Source: a virus
Taxonomy: Duplodnaviria > Heunggongvirae > Uroviricota > Caudoviricetes
DNA: 7,494 nucleotides
Virus record (IMG/VR): IMGVR_UViG_2534681674_000036
Coordinates: 1-7,494 of that record
Direction: 5' to 3' (one strand)
Of this stretch, positions 6,211 through 7,494 are shown one piece after another. The position numbers were made by a program, and so were the translations under genes. Within the stretch, counting starts at the first letter, position 1. The number at the start of each line of letters is the position of its first letter. Below the pieces are notes generated by a model. It was not told where the DNA came from and did not search any database. It was given only the letters and a program-made list of their open reading frames with translations.

Positions 6211-7494
6211 GTGAACACATTTTCAGTTTCCCGTCTGGCGCTGGCATTGGCTTTTGGCGTGACGCTGACCGCCTGTAGCTCAACCCCGCCCGATCAACGT
6301 CCTTCTGATCAAACCGCGCCTGGTACCTCTTCTCGCCCGATTCTGTCGGCAAAAGAAGCGCAGAATTTCGATGCTCAACACTATTTTGCATCCCTGACAC
6401 CAGGTGCTGCAGCGTGGAATCCTTCCCCGATTACCCTGCCTGCGCAACCTGACTTTGTTGTCGGCCCGGCGGGCACTCAAGGTGTAACGCATACCACGAT
6501 TCAGGCGGCGGTAGATGCGGCAATTATCAAGCGTACCAACAAGCGCCAGTATATTGCCGTGATGCCTGGTGAGTATCAGGGAACGGTATATGTCCCTGCC
6601 GCTCCGGGTGGAATTACTCTGTACGGTACAGGTGAAAAACCGATTGATGTGAAGATTGGGCTTTCCCTTGATGGTGGCATGAGCCCTGCCGACTGGCGTC
6701 ACGACGTCAACCCGCGCGGCAAATATATGCCAGGTAAACCAGCGTGGTATATGTACGATAGCTGCCAGAGCAGACGCAGCGACAGTATCGGTGTTCTCTG
6801 CTCTGCGGTCTTCTGGTCACAAAACAATGGCCTGCAACTGCAAAATCTGACCATCGAAAACACGCTGGGCGATAGCGTAGATGCAGGTAACCATCCGGCG
6901 GTGGCACTGCGTACTGATGGTGACCAGGTACAGATTAACAACGTTAACATTCTCGGTCGTCAGAACACCTTCTTTGTCACCAACAGCGGTGTGCAGAACC
7001 GTCTGGAAACGAATCGTCAGCCGCGTACGCTGGTGACCAACAGCTACATTGAAGGGGATGTGGATATCGTTTCTGGTCGCGGCGCAGTGGTGTTCGATAA
7101 CACCGAATTCCGCGTGGTGAACTCACGTACTCAGCAAGAAGCGTATGTGTTTGCACCGGCTACGCTGTCCAACATTTACTACGGTTTCCTCGCCGTAAAC
7201 AGCCGTTTCAATGCTTTCGGTGATGGCGTGGCGCAACTGGGCCGCTTGCTGGATGTTGATGCCAATACCAACGGTCAGGTGGTGATCCGTGATAGCGCCA
7301 TCAACGAAGGTTTTAACACGGCTAAACCGTGGGCCGATGCGGTGATCTCTAATCGTCCGTTTGCGGGTAATACCGGCAGCGTAGATGATCACGACGAAAT
7401 ACAGCGCAATCTGAATGACACTAACTACAACCGCATGTGGGAATACAATAACCGCGGCGTGGGTAGTAAAGTGGTTGCAGAGGCGAAGAAGTAA
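6211..7494 (+). CDS. ybhC: Host outer-membrane lipoprotein YbhC (pectinesterase-fold family)
   Basis: GTG start with GGAG at 6201-6204. Lipoprotein signal with lipobox LTAC, 427 aa, and pectinesterase-like motifs (PAVAL, GDVDIVSG). ybhC is the known neighbour of attB-lambda in E. coli. The stop is the last codon of the window. Confidence 0.9.
   Translation: MNTFSVSRLALALAFGVTLTACSSTPPDQRPSDQTAPGTSSRPILSAKEAQNFDAQHYFASLTPGAAAWNPSPITLPAQPDFVVGPAGTQGVTHTTIQAAVDAAIIKRTNKRQYIAVMPGEYQGTVYVPAAPGGITLYGTGEKPIDVKIGLSLDGGMSPADWRHDVNPRGKYMPGKPAWYMYDSCQSRRSDSIGVLCSAVFWSQNNGLQLQNLTIENTLGDSVDAGNHPAVALRTDGDQVQINNVNILGRQNTFFVTNSGVQNRLETNRQPRTLVTNSYIEGDVDIVSGRGAVVFDNTEFRVVNSRTQQEAYVFAPATLSNIYYGFLAVNSRFNAFGDGVAQLGRLLDVDANTNGQVVIRDSAINEGFNTAKPWADAVISNRPFAGNTGSVDDHDEIQRNLNDTNYNRMWEYNNRGVGSKVVAEAKK

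Noticed and set aside
6179-7392. Minus-strand ORFs overlapping the ybhC start and body (6179-6400, 6280-6702, 6699-6950, 6707-6907, 7123-7392)
   Set aside because: They are antisense to the conserved host gene ybhC and are Arg-rich off-frame translations of GC-rich coding sequence.

Overview
This window is the left (int-proximal) end of a lambdoid prophage integrated at the classical lambda attachment site, followed by the adjacent host gene. All genes are on the + strand. Positions 1-4719 hold a tightly packed, largely translationally coupled early-left operon: a 5'-truncated gene, an SSB with an unusual C-terminal extension, a DEDDh 3'-5' exonuclease, several small hypotheticals, a Lar-type restriction-alleviation protein, an Ea22-like protein, a DUF551-like protein, an ASCH-like protein and a small Cys4 protein. 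Three intrinsic-terminator-like hairpins follow this operon. Next come the lambda-type pI/cII site, xis and int (both look lambda-like from memory), then attL (P' arm with arm-type and IHF sites, and the core TTAGTATAAAAAAGC at 6150-6164). The host lipoprotein gene ybhC (6211-7494) is complete. No tRNA, rRNA, CRISPR or IS element is seen. Family assignments rest on recognised motifs and recalled sequences, not on database searches. The most notable items are the SSB whose DDDIPF tip is internal, and the run of uncharacterised small genes co-transcribed with lar, which is a candidate anti-defence island.
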